From an uncultured Thiotrichaceae bacterium (lineage in GTDB: Bacteria > Pseudomonadota > Gammaproteobacteria > SZUA-229): 64,000 nt of DNA. Below are positions 1-10,235 of the stretch, in pieces. Each line of letters starts with the position of its first letter. The first letter of the stretch is position 1. Made by a program: the position numbers and the translations under genes. Location: contig CAZFUY010000001.1 in the NCBI GenBank assembly GCA_964522445.1, positions 387 to 64,386 of the forward strand, given 5' to 3'. The notes under the pieces were generated by a model that searched no databases, was not told the DNA's origin, and saw only the letters and a list, made by a program, of their open reading frames with translations.

Positions 1-29
1 ATAGCCAGTACAAATGGCTTATTATCGCA

Positions 30-1793
30 ATGCTCATGGCAATGGTGAGTATATTGTTTACAGGCTGTAATTCCAGCAGCAGTGCAGAGGGTGATGGTGA
101 ACTGGTTATTAGCCTGACTGATGCTGAAGGTGATTTTCTTAGCTATACCGTTGATGTCACCTCATTGAAGATGATTAAGCAAAATGGTGCAGAGGTTGAA
201 ACACTGCCGCTGACAACGACACTGGATTTTGCCCAGTATGTGGAAGTGACCGAGTTTTTAACGGCAGCAACAGTGCCTTCAGGGAAATACACGGGTGCAC
301 AAATTACGCTGGATTACAGCAATGCCTCTATCACCGTTCAGGATACTAATGGTGATGCACTTGCTGCCAATGCGGTTGATGCTAATGGCAATCCTGTTAC
401 TCAGCTAACGGTTGATATTGCCCTGAATGGTGGCAGTGAGTTTGTTATTGTACCGGGTGTTCCTGCACATATCACACTGGATTTTGATCTGGATGCATCA
501 AATGTGGTGACAGTGAATGGTAATACAGCAACGGTTGTTGTTAGCCCTGTACTGGTTGCGGATACTATTTTAGAAGAACCCAAGCCTCATCGTTTAAGAG
601 GTGTTCTGGGTCGTGTTAATGAAGCAGAAAAAACCTTTAATGTAATGATGCGCCCGTTTCGTCATCGCCTGCATCGCTTTGGCAGCTTAAAAGCCCATGT
701 TAGTGACAGTACAAGCTTTGAAGTTGATGGTCAGATGTATATGGGTGATGCGGGTTTAGTTAAGCTGGCAGATCTTCCGCCTGCTGCCGCTGTCGTGGTA
801 TTAGGTATTCTTGATTATAATCAGCGCCAGTTTAATGCGCTTGAAGTCTATGCTGGCTCAAGTGTGCCCTGGGGTGATAAAGATATAGTTAGCGGTAATG
901 TCATTTCTCGTACAGGTGATACCTTAACTATTCGTGGCGCAACTATTATTCGCACCAACGGCAGCTTTGCATTCAACGATAATGTTACGGTTAACCTGTC
1001 AGCAAATACCAGCGTGGTTAAACAGGCTGATGCCACAAATACCTATAGTAAAGATGATATCTCTGTCGGCCAGAATGTAACCATATTAGGTCGTTTAAGC
1101 AGCGCTACAAATCTGGATATAAATGCAGATCATGTTCGCATGCATTATACCCGTTTAACTGGAACAGTGGTTTCAGTAAGCCCGTTAGCAGTCGATCTGC
1201 AAGGCATTGATCGCCGAAGAATAGCCTTATTTGATTTTGCAGGTACAGGTATTGATTCTGCCAATGATGCGGATGCTAATAACTATGAAGTGGATAGTGG
1301 CACACTAGGCCTGGCTAATCTGCAAAATGGTGATCCTGTAAAAATACGTGGATTTGTACGCAGTTTTGGTCAGGCACCAGAAGACTTTACAGCTCAGACT
1401 ATTATAGATGTTGGCAGTGTTCGAGCCCATTTAGCTGTGGCCTATGGCGAGGGTAGCGTAAATGCCATAAGCAGTATTAGTGATGTAGGCATTCAACTGG
1501 ATTTAACGGATGCGGGTAATTTGCATCATATGTTCCGTGCCGGTGTAGCAACAGATCTGCAGGGACTTGTCTCCATGCCTCTGATTGCCCCACGAGATAA
1601 TGACAAAGGCCTGTTTGTAATTGCCAGAGGTGTTTCATTAAGAGTGTACTCAACATACACAGAGTTCCAGCAGGCATTAGTAACTATTCTGGATGGTGCA
1701 ACAGGTGTAATTTCTGTACATACGCATGGAGTATATGACGGTAATGAAAATAAACTGATAGCACGAAATATTAATGTGCGATTAGCTGAATAA
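30..1793 (+). CDS. Lipoprotein, DUF4382-like (the true start may lie a few codons upstream of the window edge because the frame is open to nt 3)
   Basis: 587 aa. N-terminus ...ILFTGC has a lipobox-like signal. 'VISLTDAEGDFLSYTVDV' resembles the start of DUF4382-family lipoproteins. No stop in frame between nt 3 and 30. Confidence 0.5.
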   Translation: MLMAMVSILFTGCNSSSSAEGDGELVISLTDAEGDFLSYTVDVTSLKMIKQNGAEVETLPLTTTLDFAQYVEVTEFLTAATVPSGKYTGAQITLDYSNASITVQDTNGDALAANAVDANGNPVTQLTVDIALNGGSEFVIVPGVPAHITLDFDLDASNVVTVNGNTATVVVSPVLVADTILEEPKPHRLRGVLGRVNEAEKTFNVMMRPFRHRLHRFGSLKAHVSDSTSFEVDGQMYMGDAGLVKLADLPPAAAVVVLGILDYNQRQFNALEVYAGSSVPWGDKDIVSGNVISRTGDTLTIRGATIIRTNGSFAFNDNVTVNLSANTSVVKQADATNTYSKDDISVGQNVTILGRLSSATNLDINADHVRMHYTRLTGTVVSVSPLAVDLQGIDRRRIALFDFAGTGIDSANDADANNYEVDSGTLGLANLQNGDPVKIRGFVRSFGQAPEDFTAQTIIDVGSVRAHLAVAYGEGSVNAISSISDVGIQLDLTDAGNLHHMFRAGVATDLQGLVSMPLIAPRDNDKGLFVIARGVSLRVYSTYTEFQQALVTILDGATGVISVHTHGVYDGNENKLIARNINVRLAE

Positions 1794-1885
1794 ATTTAAT
1801 ATCTGGTTAAACCTGGAATATTATTTAACAGCATGCCGGACAGGTGTAATATCTGTCCGGTATTTGTTTTTTTATATGGATTAAA

Positions 1886-2737
1886 GTGAAACAATTTTTT
1901 TGCCAGATTATCTGTTTTTTAGTACCTGTTTCAAGTTTTGCTATGGAAGATGATGATTTCTGGTTGCTGCTGGATACTAATATCTCAAGTTCAAGTATCT
2001 CGATTAATAGTGGTAAAGATAATGATGGTGGTAGTTATTATGGCGGTGTTATTGATCTGGCCATAACTGATAATTACCAGTTTAATCTGGCAGGTAGCAG
2101 GCAGAAAGCAAAAGAAGAAACCAGCCGCTGGTCATGGGGGATTGGTAATAACCCACAAAATAATTTTACATGGAATTTAGCTTATGAATGGTGGGGTGAT
2201 TCAGATATCTTTGAAACCCATGATTTAAATATTAATTTAAATTATTTTAATAAAAGCTGGACATGGATATTTGGAATAGAAAAAGGAGACTTCGAACTCC
2301 ACGGTTTATTAGCAGCAACAAAAGTTGATCATAGGGCCTATGAGTTAGGCATAGGAAAAACTAATAATAATTTATACTGGAAAATTAGCCATCAGATACA
2401 TGATTATGGACTTGATCCAGGAAGATTAAATTTTCCACAAATACTTTTTTTTCTTAACCCAAGATTATTATATATTGTAACGCCAAAATCACAGCAGCAG
2501 GCTTCTGTTCTTGCAGATTATGAGTCTGTTTTACAATTAGGCTGGGCAGGAGAAGAATACAGGTTTGAAACAAACTATCAAATTATAAAGTCGGCCGTTA
2601 CTAAAGAAATTGATAATATTATTGGCCTAAGTGTAAGTAAACAGTTAACAGTGTTTTTAAATATAACAATTGAGTTTACGCGTGTTATGGAAATCGGCAC
2701 TACAGGTGCTGGAATTGAAATGATTTATTCCTGGTAA
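1886..2737 (+). CDS. Hypothetical secreted protein (GTG start), possibly outer-membrane associated
   Basis: 283 aa ORF. N-terminal signal-like MKQFFCQIICFLVPVSSFA. Rich in aromatic/Gly/Asn, ends in ...IYSW like a beta-barrel C-terminus. No recognisable family. Confidence 0.35.
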   Translation: MKQFFCQIICFLVPVSSFAMEDDDFWLLLDTNISSSSISINSGKDNDGGSYYGGVIDLAITDNYQFNLAGSRQKAKEETSRWSWGIGNNPQNNFTWNLAYEWWGDSDIFETHDLNINLNYFNKSWTWIFGIEKGDFELHGLLAATKVDHRAYELGIGKTNNNLYWKISHQIHDYGLDPGRLNFPQILFFLNPRLLYIVTPKSQQQASVLADYESVLQLGWAGEEYRFETNYQIIKSAVTKEIDNIIGLSVSKQLTVFLNITIEFTRVMEIGTTGAGIEMIYSW

Positions 2738-3016
2738 GGCACAGATCTGGTGTTATATTTTAGATCACTGCTGTTCCGTTAACTTTATTCTGTCATCTCG
2801 ACTGTAGTGATAGCGAAATGGAGAGATCTTAAATCCCATATGACAAGGTGTTTTTAGGCCCCTCCACTACGTGATGCTTCGGTTGGGGCGACATATTGAG
2901 GAATTATATATTTTTATATCCTGTAAAATAACAGCCTCGTTGTAGCCTTATACAAGTGAGTGCTGGACTAAAGTTTAAACAGTTAACAGGATAGCAGTGA
3001 TTTCAAATAACAAATT

Positions 3017-4297
3017 CTAATGATATATATTACAGGCCGAAATACGTCTATCAATAACTGCAATAACTTGTTTATATGAAGCACTATTTGTGTTTAAGTA
3101 AATCATTCTAAAATCAATGCCTCTTAAGCCATCGGACAAATTATCAATATTAGGCATAAAATCACTTTCGTAATTTGTTTTAGATAAAGCCAGTTGTAGC
3201 AGGTGCGCCTGTCGTTCTGAGCTAAGTGCTGTATTGGCCAGTGTGACCCCTGCTCGGTCAGCTGCCAGATCGGAAAAGCTAAATCCACTGCCACCATCTG
3301 AATCTTTAATTTCTTTTTCAAGCCCAATAGACTGCGCAAGTGTGGAATCAGATAAAGCGGTTAATGCGGCAGAAACCAGCAGGTGCTGGCTTAAATCTTT
3401 TCGTTTTAATAAATAAAATGTTTTATTTTTTAATCGGCCAATAGATGGATCACCTAATATCTGAGGAATATTTTTATTAATCATATATGCGCCAAGTACA
3501 ATAAAGAGTGCGCGATTTTCTTCGACAGGATTATTGTCTTTGCTTCTTTTTATAGCGAAGCTAAACATAGGCTTTAATAATTCTGTTAATGAAGGTCGTG
3601 GTTGATGAATAGACTGAGTGATAATTTTTAATTGTTGAGTATAAATAAACAGGCGAGTTTTTAAATTCTTAGAAATTAAACTGGTTGCTATTCTATTTTT
3701 AAACTGCCGTACAACTTCATCTCGCCATATATAACTAATGGATAGCTGTTGCCTGTTGAACTGGAAACCTGTAATGGAATTAATTGCAATGTGATATTCA
3801 GGTACTTGTTTTAGCAGTTCTCGATGAATAGTAATAAGCAATAAATCAGACATGAAGTGAGGAATAGTTATATCGCCAATTTCAAGAGATTTTATAATTA
3901 TAGATTCTCCCTGTTGGACTATTTCAGCGGAAATATTAAGGTAATTTCCAAAAGGGTTAGCAGGTAACTTTAGTGTGCCAGTAAGATAGAGGGTAGAAGT
4001 AAAAAATTTAGTTCTGGCTCGTGCATTATCATCAAGTTTATTTAAAAAATAACGAGTTAATAGATTTATATCCTGCTCTGAAATAGTTGTTGTTCTTTTT
4101 CTGTTGTTTTTAAAATAAGAAGGATTATTTTTATTTATAAAAGATTTAACTCGGCTGATTTCAGTAGCATTTAAGGTGTGACGCTGAGTAACAAGAGGAT
4201 TTTCCTGAAGGCTGAAAACAGTAATAGACCCTGCCGCTGCTGAAAGCAAAAAGATCAGAAAAAAGAAAAATTTAATAATAAATCCGAATAAGCGCAT
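3017..4297 (-). CDS. Hypothetical protein with an N-terminal membrane anchor
   Basis: 426 aa ORF. N-terminus MRLFGFIIKFFFFLIFLLSAAAGS is a signal anchor. No recognisable catalytic motifs. Confidence 0.4.
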   Translation of the reverse strand: MRLFGFIIKFFFFLIFLLSAAAGSITVFSLQENPLVTQRHTLNATEISRVKSFINKNNPSYFKNNRKRTTTISEQDINLLTRYFLNKLDDNARARTKFFTSTLYLTGTLKLPANPFGNYLNISAEIVQQGESIIIKSLEIGDITIPHFMSDLLLITIHRELLKQVPEYHIAINSITGFQFNRQQLSISYIWRDEVVRQFKNRIATSLISKNLKTRLFIYTQQLKIITQSIHQPRPSLTELLKPMFSFAIKRSKDNNPVEENRALFIVLGAYMINKNIPQILGDPSIGRLKNKTFYLLKRKDLSQHLLVSAALTALSDSTLAQSIGLEKEIKDSDGGSGFSFSDLAADRAGVTLANTALSSERQAHLLQLALSKTNYESDFMPNIDNLSDGLRGIDFRMIYLNTNSASYKQVIAVIDRRISACNIYH

Positions 4298-4454
4298 ATT
4301 TAAGTTCAGGGGTGAGTTTTTGCTCTCAAGGGGTTATGTAAATATAAACATACCAGTATTGTGAAAAGAAGTGAATTTTAATCCTGTATGCTGATTCAAT
4401 AAAGCTAATTTTGCTGTGCTACATCCACTTATAAATAGGTTAGAATCTTGCTCC

Positions 4455-6623
4455 ATGGATGTTTCGCATATATTAGATGATTTAAATGAAGCCCAGCGTG
4501 AAGCGGTGACGGCCCCTGCTCATCAACCTATGCTGGTATTAGCCGGTGCGGGCAGTGGTAAAACGCGCGTACTGGTTCACCGTATGGCCTGGCTGATTCA
4601 GGTAGAAGGTGTTTCGCCCTTTGGCTTAATGGCGGTTACCTTTACCAATAAAGCCGCCAGTGAAATGCGTAGTCGGGTGGAGCAGTTGCAGGGGGCTGCC
4701 AGAGGCATGTGGGTGGGGACTTTTCATGGCATTGCTCACCGTTTATTGCGCACTCACTGGAAAGAGGCTGATTTACCACAGGCCTTTCAGATTCTGGATT
4801 CAGATGATCAATATCGGATGATTCGCCGTGTTCTTAGGTCTTTACAGCTAGATGAGGCTCAGTGGCCGCCGCGACAAATTCAGGGTTTTATCAATGCGCG
4901 TAAAGACGAAGGCCAACGGCCACAGCATGTTGATACCAGCGGTGATCCAGTACAGACCCAATTAGTGCGGGTTTATACGGCTTATGAAGCTGCCTGCAAA
5001 AGAGCAGGCGCGGTAGATTTTGCTGAATTATTATTCAGAACTCTGGAGCTACTTAGAGATAATGAAACTCTGCTCAGGCACTATCGGGAGCGTTTTCGTC
5101 ATGTGCTGGTGGATGAATTTCAGGATACCAATGCGATTCAATATGCCTGGGTGCAATTATTAACTGGTGATAAAATAAATCCAGGTGCGCAGATATTTAT
5201 TGTGGGTGATGATGACCAGGCTATTTATGGATGGCGTGGTGCTAAAGTAGAAAACATACTCAGCTTTAAAAAAGATTTTCCAGCCACGCTGGTTATTCGT
5301 CTTGAACAAAACTACCGTTCCACAGGTACTATTCTTTCAGCCGCTAATGCATTGATTGCTAATAATGATGACCGCATGGGAAAGAACCTTTGGACGGCAG
5401 GTGAAGAAGGTGAGCCAATACATATATATAATGCATTCAATGAGCAGGATGAAGCGCGCTATGTTATTGATCGCATAAAAGACTGGGTCAGTGATGGACA
5501 TGCTCGATCAGAAATTGCCATTCTTTATCGCTCTAATGCCCAGTCCCGTGTATTTGAAGAGCAGCTCATTAATGAAGGCATGCCTTATCGTGTCTATGGT
5601 GGCTTACGATTTTTTGAGCGAGCTGAAATTAAAGCGGCTCTGGCTTATTTACGATTAATAAATAATAGAGATGATGACCCATCATTTGAGCGAGTGGTGA
5701 ATTTACCCACACGTGGAATTGGTGGGAAAACAGTTGATCAGATACGTGACACTTCACGCATTATGGATGCCTCTATGTGGCAGGCGGCTAATGCAAAAGT
5801 TGTTTCTAATGAGCTAACAGCGCGTGCGCAAAATGCGGTAACCGGATTTTTAAAATTAATTCAGTCTTTAGCAAAAGCGTGTGATGGTTTGCCTTTGCAT
5901 GAACAGGTTGAGCATGTCATTCATCAAAGTGGTTTGATCGATTTTTATGGAAAAGAAAAAGGGGAGAAGGCAGAAGCACGAGTAGAAAATCTTGAAGAAC
6001 TTGTCAGCGCTGCAAAAGGATTTGAATTTCATAATGAAGATGAGTTAGAAATGGATGTGCTCACCGCATTTTTAACACATGCTGCATTAGAGGCAGGAGA
6101 AGGACAGGCTGCTGCATGGGAAGACTGTGTGCAATTAATGACGCTGCACTCGGCAAAAGGTCTGGAATTCCCACTGGTATTTATGTGTGGTATGGAAGAT
6201 GGTTTATTTCCGCACCAGCGTTCTACAGAAGAAAGCGGGCGATTGCAGGAAGAGCGTCGCCTTTGTTATGTAGGCATTACACGTGCTCGTGATCAATTGG
6301 TGTTAACTTTTGCTGAACGTCGTCGTTTATATGGAAAAGATCACTACCCTATGCCCTCTATTTTTATTGGTGAAATACCCAAAGAATATGTGAGTGAAAT
6401 AAGACCCAGCACATCAATAGTTGAACCTGTTTATATACAGAAAAAATCAGTTCAAACAGAAAGTGGTTTTAGTCTGGGGCAGCGGGTTTTTCATCAAAAG
6501 TTTGGAGAAGGCTGCGTGTTAAATTACGAAGGGCAGGGCAGCCATGCAAGAATAGAGGTTAATTTTGATCATGCTGGCAGCAAATGGTTAGTGTTGTCTT
6601 ATGCAAATCTCCAAATATTATGA
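4455..6623 (+). CDS. uvrD: DNA helicase II UvrD (SF1 helicase)
   Basis: MDVSHILDDLNEAQREAVTAP...AGAGSGKTRVLVHR matches the UvrD N-terminus and Walker A. Length about 722 aa from the internal Met. C-terminal Tudor-like tail. The ORF-track start at 4416 is probably a spurious N-extension. Confidence 0.9.
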   Translation: MDVSHILDDLNEAQREAVTAPAHQPMLVLAGAGSGKTRVLVHRMAWLIQVEGVSPFGLMAVTFTNKAASEMRSRVEQLQGAARGMWVGTFHGIAHRLLRTHWKEADLPQAFQILDSDDQYRMIRRVLRSLQLDEAQWPPRQIQGFINARKDEGQRPQHVDTSGDPVQTQLVRVYTAYEAACKRAGAVDFAELLFRTLELLRDNETLLRHYRERFRHVLVDEFQDTNAIQYAWVQLLTGDKINPGAQIFIVGDDDQAIYGWRGAKVENILSFKKDFPATLVIRLEQNYRSTGTILSAANALIANNDDRMGKNLWTAGEEGEPIHIYNAFNEQDEARYVIDRIKDWVSDGHARSEIAILYRSNAQSRVFEEQLINEGMPYRVYGGLRFFERAEIKAALAYLRLINNRDDDPSFERVVNLPTRGIGGKTVDQIRDTSRIMDASMWQAANAKVVSNELTARAQNAVTGFLKLIQSLAKACDGLPLHEQVEHVIHQSGLIDFYGKEKGEKAEARVENLEELVSAAKGFEFHNEDELEMDVLTAFLTHAALEAGEGQAAAWEDCVQLMTLHSAKGLEFPLVFMCGMEDGLFPHQRSTEESGRLQEERRLCYVGITRARDQLVLTFAERRRLYGKDHYPMPSIFIGEIPKEYVSEIRPSTSIVEPVYIQKKSVQTESGFSLGQRVFHQKFGEGCVLNYEGQGSHARIEVNFDHAGSKWLVLSYANLQIL

Positions 6624-9600
6624 GATTTTTAAATGATAAAAATCTGGCAAGATTAACGGCAGCAACAGTTGCTGTATTCCTTTCGCTTATCTGGGTATTT
6701 TTAGGTCAGGATATAGTTCATAGCCTGACACCTGATCATCTGGAAGAAAAGCTTTATTTATTTATTAGCGGCATAATTTTTTCATTGGGGTTTATAGGTA
6801 TAGCCGCGTTTATTAAAACAATTTTATGTTTTTCTGAATTTATAATAGAGAAAGAAAATATACCGTTAATGTTATACAGGAGTGCATTAGAAGAGGATAG
6901 CGAGGGTATATTTTTTAAAGATAAAAAAGGTCGTTACCAGGTAGTAAATCCCATTGCTTTACAGGTTTTAGGCCTGGAAGGGAAAGACATTATTGGTTTC
7001 AAAGATAGTCAAATATATAGCTCTATACAGGCACATAAAATAATCCAGGAAGATAAAAAAGTTCTTGAGTATGGCGAAACTATAGAATGGGAGACCGATA
7101 AAGATACAGGCAATGGAAAAGATATATTCTTATGTAAAAAAATACCGTGTAGAGATAAAAAAGATAAAATTATAGGTATAACTGGGCTGTGTAAAAACAT
7201 AACAATATTAAAAACATTTCAGAATTTAAACTTTGAAATAGAAGAACGTTATCGACGCTTGTTTAATAAATTGCCCTATCCAGTAATGGTGCTTGATACA
7301 ACAACCATGCTGCCATTTACATTTAATAATTCAATGGCTTCAATGCTTAAATATAATAAGGAAGAGTTTTCAAAATTAAGAATAAGTTCTCATATTACAG
7401 AAAAAGATGTAGAAAATTTTAGATCTGTAATTGCAAACTTGTTGCAATCAGGTGGCGGTGAATTTGAGTTACAGTTGCAAACAAAAGACAAGGATATTGT
7501 TGAAGTGTCAGGCTATGCTCAGGAAATGCTTATAGAAGATAAACAGTTCTTGCATATTTTATTGCATGATATAACGGAAACTAAAAAATCTACAACAGAA
7601 TTAATAGGCTCTGAGCTTAAATACCGTTCATTATTTGAACATGCGAATGATGCTATTATTATAGTTAATTTTAAAACTTTACAAATTATTGATGCCAATG
7701 AAATAGCAATAAAGTTTTTAGGATATAACAGGGGTGATATAACGGAACTAAGCCTGCTTGACCTGGATGCAAATAGTGATCATACAATTAGTCAGGAACA
7801 GTTAAATAATCTTGAGATATATAATCACGCTTTATATGAGCATGAAATAAAAAATAGAAAGGGCGAGCGTTTTCTTGTTGAAATAAACTCACATAAAGTA
7901 AATTATGGCGAAGAAGAAGTTTATCATTTTGTAATAAGAAATATTACCCAGCGAAAGAAAATAGAAAAAGCACTTAAAGAAAGTGAACAGCGCTATCGGC
8001 AAATGTTTGAAAGTAATCAGGCAATAAAGCTGGTTATAAATCCACAGCTTCATATTATAGAAGATGCTAATCTTGCGGCAGCAGAATTCTATGGCTATTC
8101 TCCTGGTGAGTTAAGGGGCGCGAGCCTTTCAAAAATAAATATTTTGTCGGAAGAAAAACTAAAGATTTTAATTAATCAGGCGAAAGAACAAAATATAGGT
8201 TTTTATAGTTGTCCGCATCGGCTGGCAAATGGTGATATTCGATTTGTCGAAGTGCGTGACGGCCCCATGGAAATTAATGACAGTACACTTTTGTATTCAA
8301 TTATTCATGATATAACGGCAAGTAAGCGTGCAGAAGATCAGCTGATACTGGCATCAAAAATGTTTGACTGTTCTACTGATGCGGTAATGATTACAGATAA
8401 GAGTAATCGGGTCGTTTCTGTTAATCAGGCTTTTGCAGATATTACAGGTTATCAACAATCAGAGATGTTAGATAGCGAGCCGGGCATTATTATGGCGGGG
8501 CGAGATGATAATCTGATAACAAAAGAAGTGCTTGATGCAATTGAAAAGGAAGGTCAGTGGAAAGGTGAAATATGGCACAGGTTAAAAAATGGAGAAACGC
8601 GCCCACTAAAATCAACTATTAATATAGTTAAAAATGATGAGGGTGAAATAGTCAATCATGTTGTTCTTATGTCACCAAAAACAACAGGCCTTGCAGATGA
8701 TGAAAAACTGGTTTTGTCTCATTATATTGGTTTGACCAGTTTGCCTGATAAAACATTATTTATGGATCGTTTGCAGAATGCTATAAAACGAAGTAAAAGA
8801 TCAGAAAAACAGCTGGCTGTTTTATTAATTGATCTTAGAAATTTCTCAGATATAAATAAAAAGTTTGGCTATGATGCTGGTGATCACATTCTTCAGGCAA
8901 TTGCCAGACGACTTAAATATAATGTGCGTGAGAGTGATACAGTCGCGAATTTTTCATCGGATGATTTTGCAGTTTTACTGGAAGATCTGGCTGATGTTCA
9001 GCAAACAGGTATTGTCGCACAAAAAATAATATCTACACTGGCTGAAGATTATCAGGTGGATGACCAGGTTATAGAATTAGAAGTGTCAATCGGAATAAGT
9101 GTGTCTCCAGAAGATGGAGTAAATGCAAATGATTTAATGATGAAAGCAAATGGGGCGCTGGAAAGCGCACAACAAAAGACAGGCAGTCATTTTTGTCTTA
9201 CATCTACTTTGCTTAATGAGCATGCGCATAAATGGCTACAGACAGATGAGAATTTGCATCAGGCGCTTAAGAATGATGAATTTATTGTCTGTTATTTACC
9301 TCAGGTATCCACTAAAAATGGAATTAGAGTAGAAGCGATGGAGGTGCTGGTAAGGTGGCGACATGAAAAACAGGGTATATTATTGCCATTACTATTTTTG
9401 CCAAATGCTGAACAATCAGGATTTATTTCGGCCATAGGCTTTAAAGTAATTGATAAGGCATTTGAACAGTTTAAAAAATGGCAAAATGAAAACCTGGGTA
9501 TAAGTAAATTATGGTTAAATATTTCTCAGAGTCAAGTTGGTTTTGATTTGTCAGAATATTTAATTGAAAAATGTGATGCGTATGAAATAGCATATAGTCA

Positions 9601-10006
9601 GGTAGCATTGGATTTTGATGAGAATAAATTTATAACCAGTAGTCGTGACCAAAAAGAAGTTTTAAAAGGCTTACAGGAAAAGGGCTTTTATATCTGTATT
9701 GATAATTTTGGTAGTGATGTTGCGGCACTGTCGTGTTTGCTGCAGTGTTCTGTAAATGCAATTAAAATTGATCGTGGTCTTGTTAGACGTAGCCATGAAG
9801 ATACAGAAGCCAAAAATTTACTTAAAGGCTTAATGGCACTTTCAACGAAGTTGAATATAGAGGTTATTGCTGAAGGTGTTGAAGAGAAAGGTCATATATC
9901 TAATCTTGAAGATATTGGTTGTTATCATATGCAGGGATATTATTTTAGTCAGCCGATGATGGCAGAACAGGTTGCTGATTTTGTCAGGGAAAGTAATAAA
10001 AATTAA
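6620..10006 (+). CDS. Multi-PAS/PAC sensor protein with a degenerate GGDEF domain and an EAL phosphodiesterase domain
   Basis: ATG at 6620 overlaps the uvrD stop (ATGA). Two N-terminal TM helices and several PAS/PAC repeats. GGDEF position reads 'FSSDDFAVLLED' (degenerate). EAL region 'EAMEVLVRWRH' with downstream conserved Asp/Glu residues. Confidence 0.85.
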   Translation: MRFLNDKNLARLTAATVAVFLSLIWVFLGQDIVHSLTPDHLEEKLYLFISGIIFSLGFIGIAAFIKTILCFSEFIIEKENIPLMLYRSALEEDSEGIFFKDKKGRYQVVNPIALQVLGLEGKDIIGFKDSQIYSSIQAHKIIQEDKKVLEYGETIEWETDKDTGNGKDIFLCKKIPCRDKKDKIIGITGLCKNITILKTFQNLNFEIEERYRRLFNKLPYPVMVLDTTTMLPFTFNNSMASMLKYNKEEFSKLRISSHITEKDVENFRSVIANLLQSGGGEFELQLQTKDKDIVEVSGYAQEMLIEDKQFLHILLHDITETKKSTTELIGSELKYRSLFEHANDAIIIVNFKTLQIIDANEIAIKFLGYNRGDITELSLLDLDANSDHTISQEQLNNLEIYNHALYEHEIKNRKGERFLVEINSHKVNYGEEEVYHFVIRNITQRKKIEKALKESEQRYRQMFESNQAIKLVINPQLHIIEDANLAAAEFYGYSPGELRGASLSKINILSEEKLKILINQAKEQNIGFYSCPHRLANGDIRFVEVRDGPMEINDSTLLYSIIHDITASKRAEDQLILASKMFDCSTDAVMITDKSNRVVSVNQAFADITGYQQSEMLDSEPGIIMAGRDDNLITKEVLDAIEKEGQWKGEIWHRLKNGETRPLKSTINIVKNDEGEIVNHVVLMSPKTTGLADDEKLVLSHYIGLTSLPDKTLFMDRLQNAIKRSKRSEKQLAVLLIDLRNFSDINKKFGYDAGDHILQAIARRLKYNVRESDTVANFSSDDFAVLLEDLADVQQTGIVAQKIISTLAEDYQVDDQVIELEVSIGISVSPEDGVNANDLMMKANGALESAQQKTGSHFCLTSTLLNEHAHKWLQTDENLHQALKNDEFIVCYLPQVSTKNGIRVEAMEVLVRWRHEKQGILLPLLFLPNAEQSGFISAIGFKVIDKAFEQFKKWQNENLGISKLWLNISQSQVGFDLSEYLIEKCDAYEIAYSQVALDFDENKFITSSRDQKEVLKGLQEKGFYICIDNFGSDVAALSCLLQCSVNAIKIDRGLVRRSHEDTEAKNLLKGLMALSTKLNIEVIAEGVEEKGHISNLEDIGCYHMQGYYFSQPMMAEQVADFVRESNKN

Positions 10007-10041
10007 AGGAAAAATAAAAGCTTTAGCCACAGAGATAATAT

Positions 10042-10126
10042 CAGTAAGTTAAGTATTTTGATCAGTGCAGGGTGCGCTGTGCGCATGGCGCACCCTACAC
10101 TGATATGAGTTTTTCTTAACTTACTG
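10042..10126. repeat. 85-bp compound imperfect palindrome (REP-like), candidate terminator downstream of the EAL gene
   Basis: Outer arms cagtaagttaag / cttaacttactg (12/12). Inner arms atcagtgcagggtgcgc / gcgcaccctacactgat (1 mismatch). Centred on the gcgcatggcgc core. Confidence 0.6.
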
Positions 10127-10235
10127 GCATTGGGCATAGGGATATACTTTATTATAAAAATCTCTGTGCCTCTGTGGTTAAGTGTTTTTTCTTTTTAAGC
10201 TGAGTTAAATATAAGATTATTTTGAGAATAAATTT

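Noticed and set aside
2738-3016. Possible tRNA or structured RNA in the 279-bp gap
   Set aside because: No cloverleaf or T-arm consensus (GTTCRANYC) recognisable. Only short hairpins. Left as unexplained non-coding DNA.
4300-4454. LexA (SOS) box upstream of uvrD
   Set aside because: CTGT-containing sequences are present (ctgtatgctgattcaat) but no CTGT-N8-ACAG match. Non-enteric LexA motifs cannot be judged by eye.
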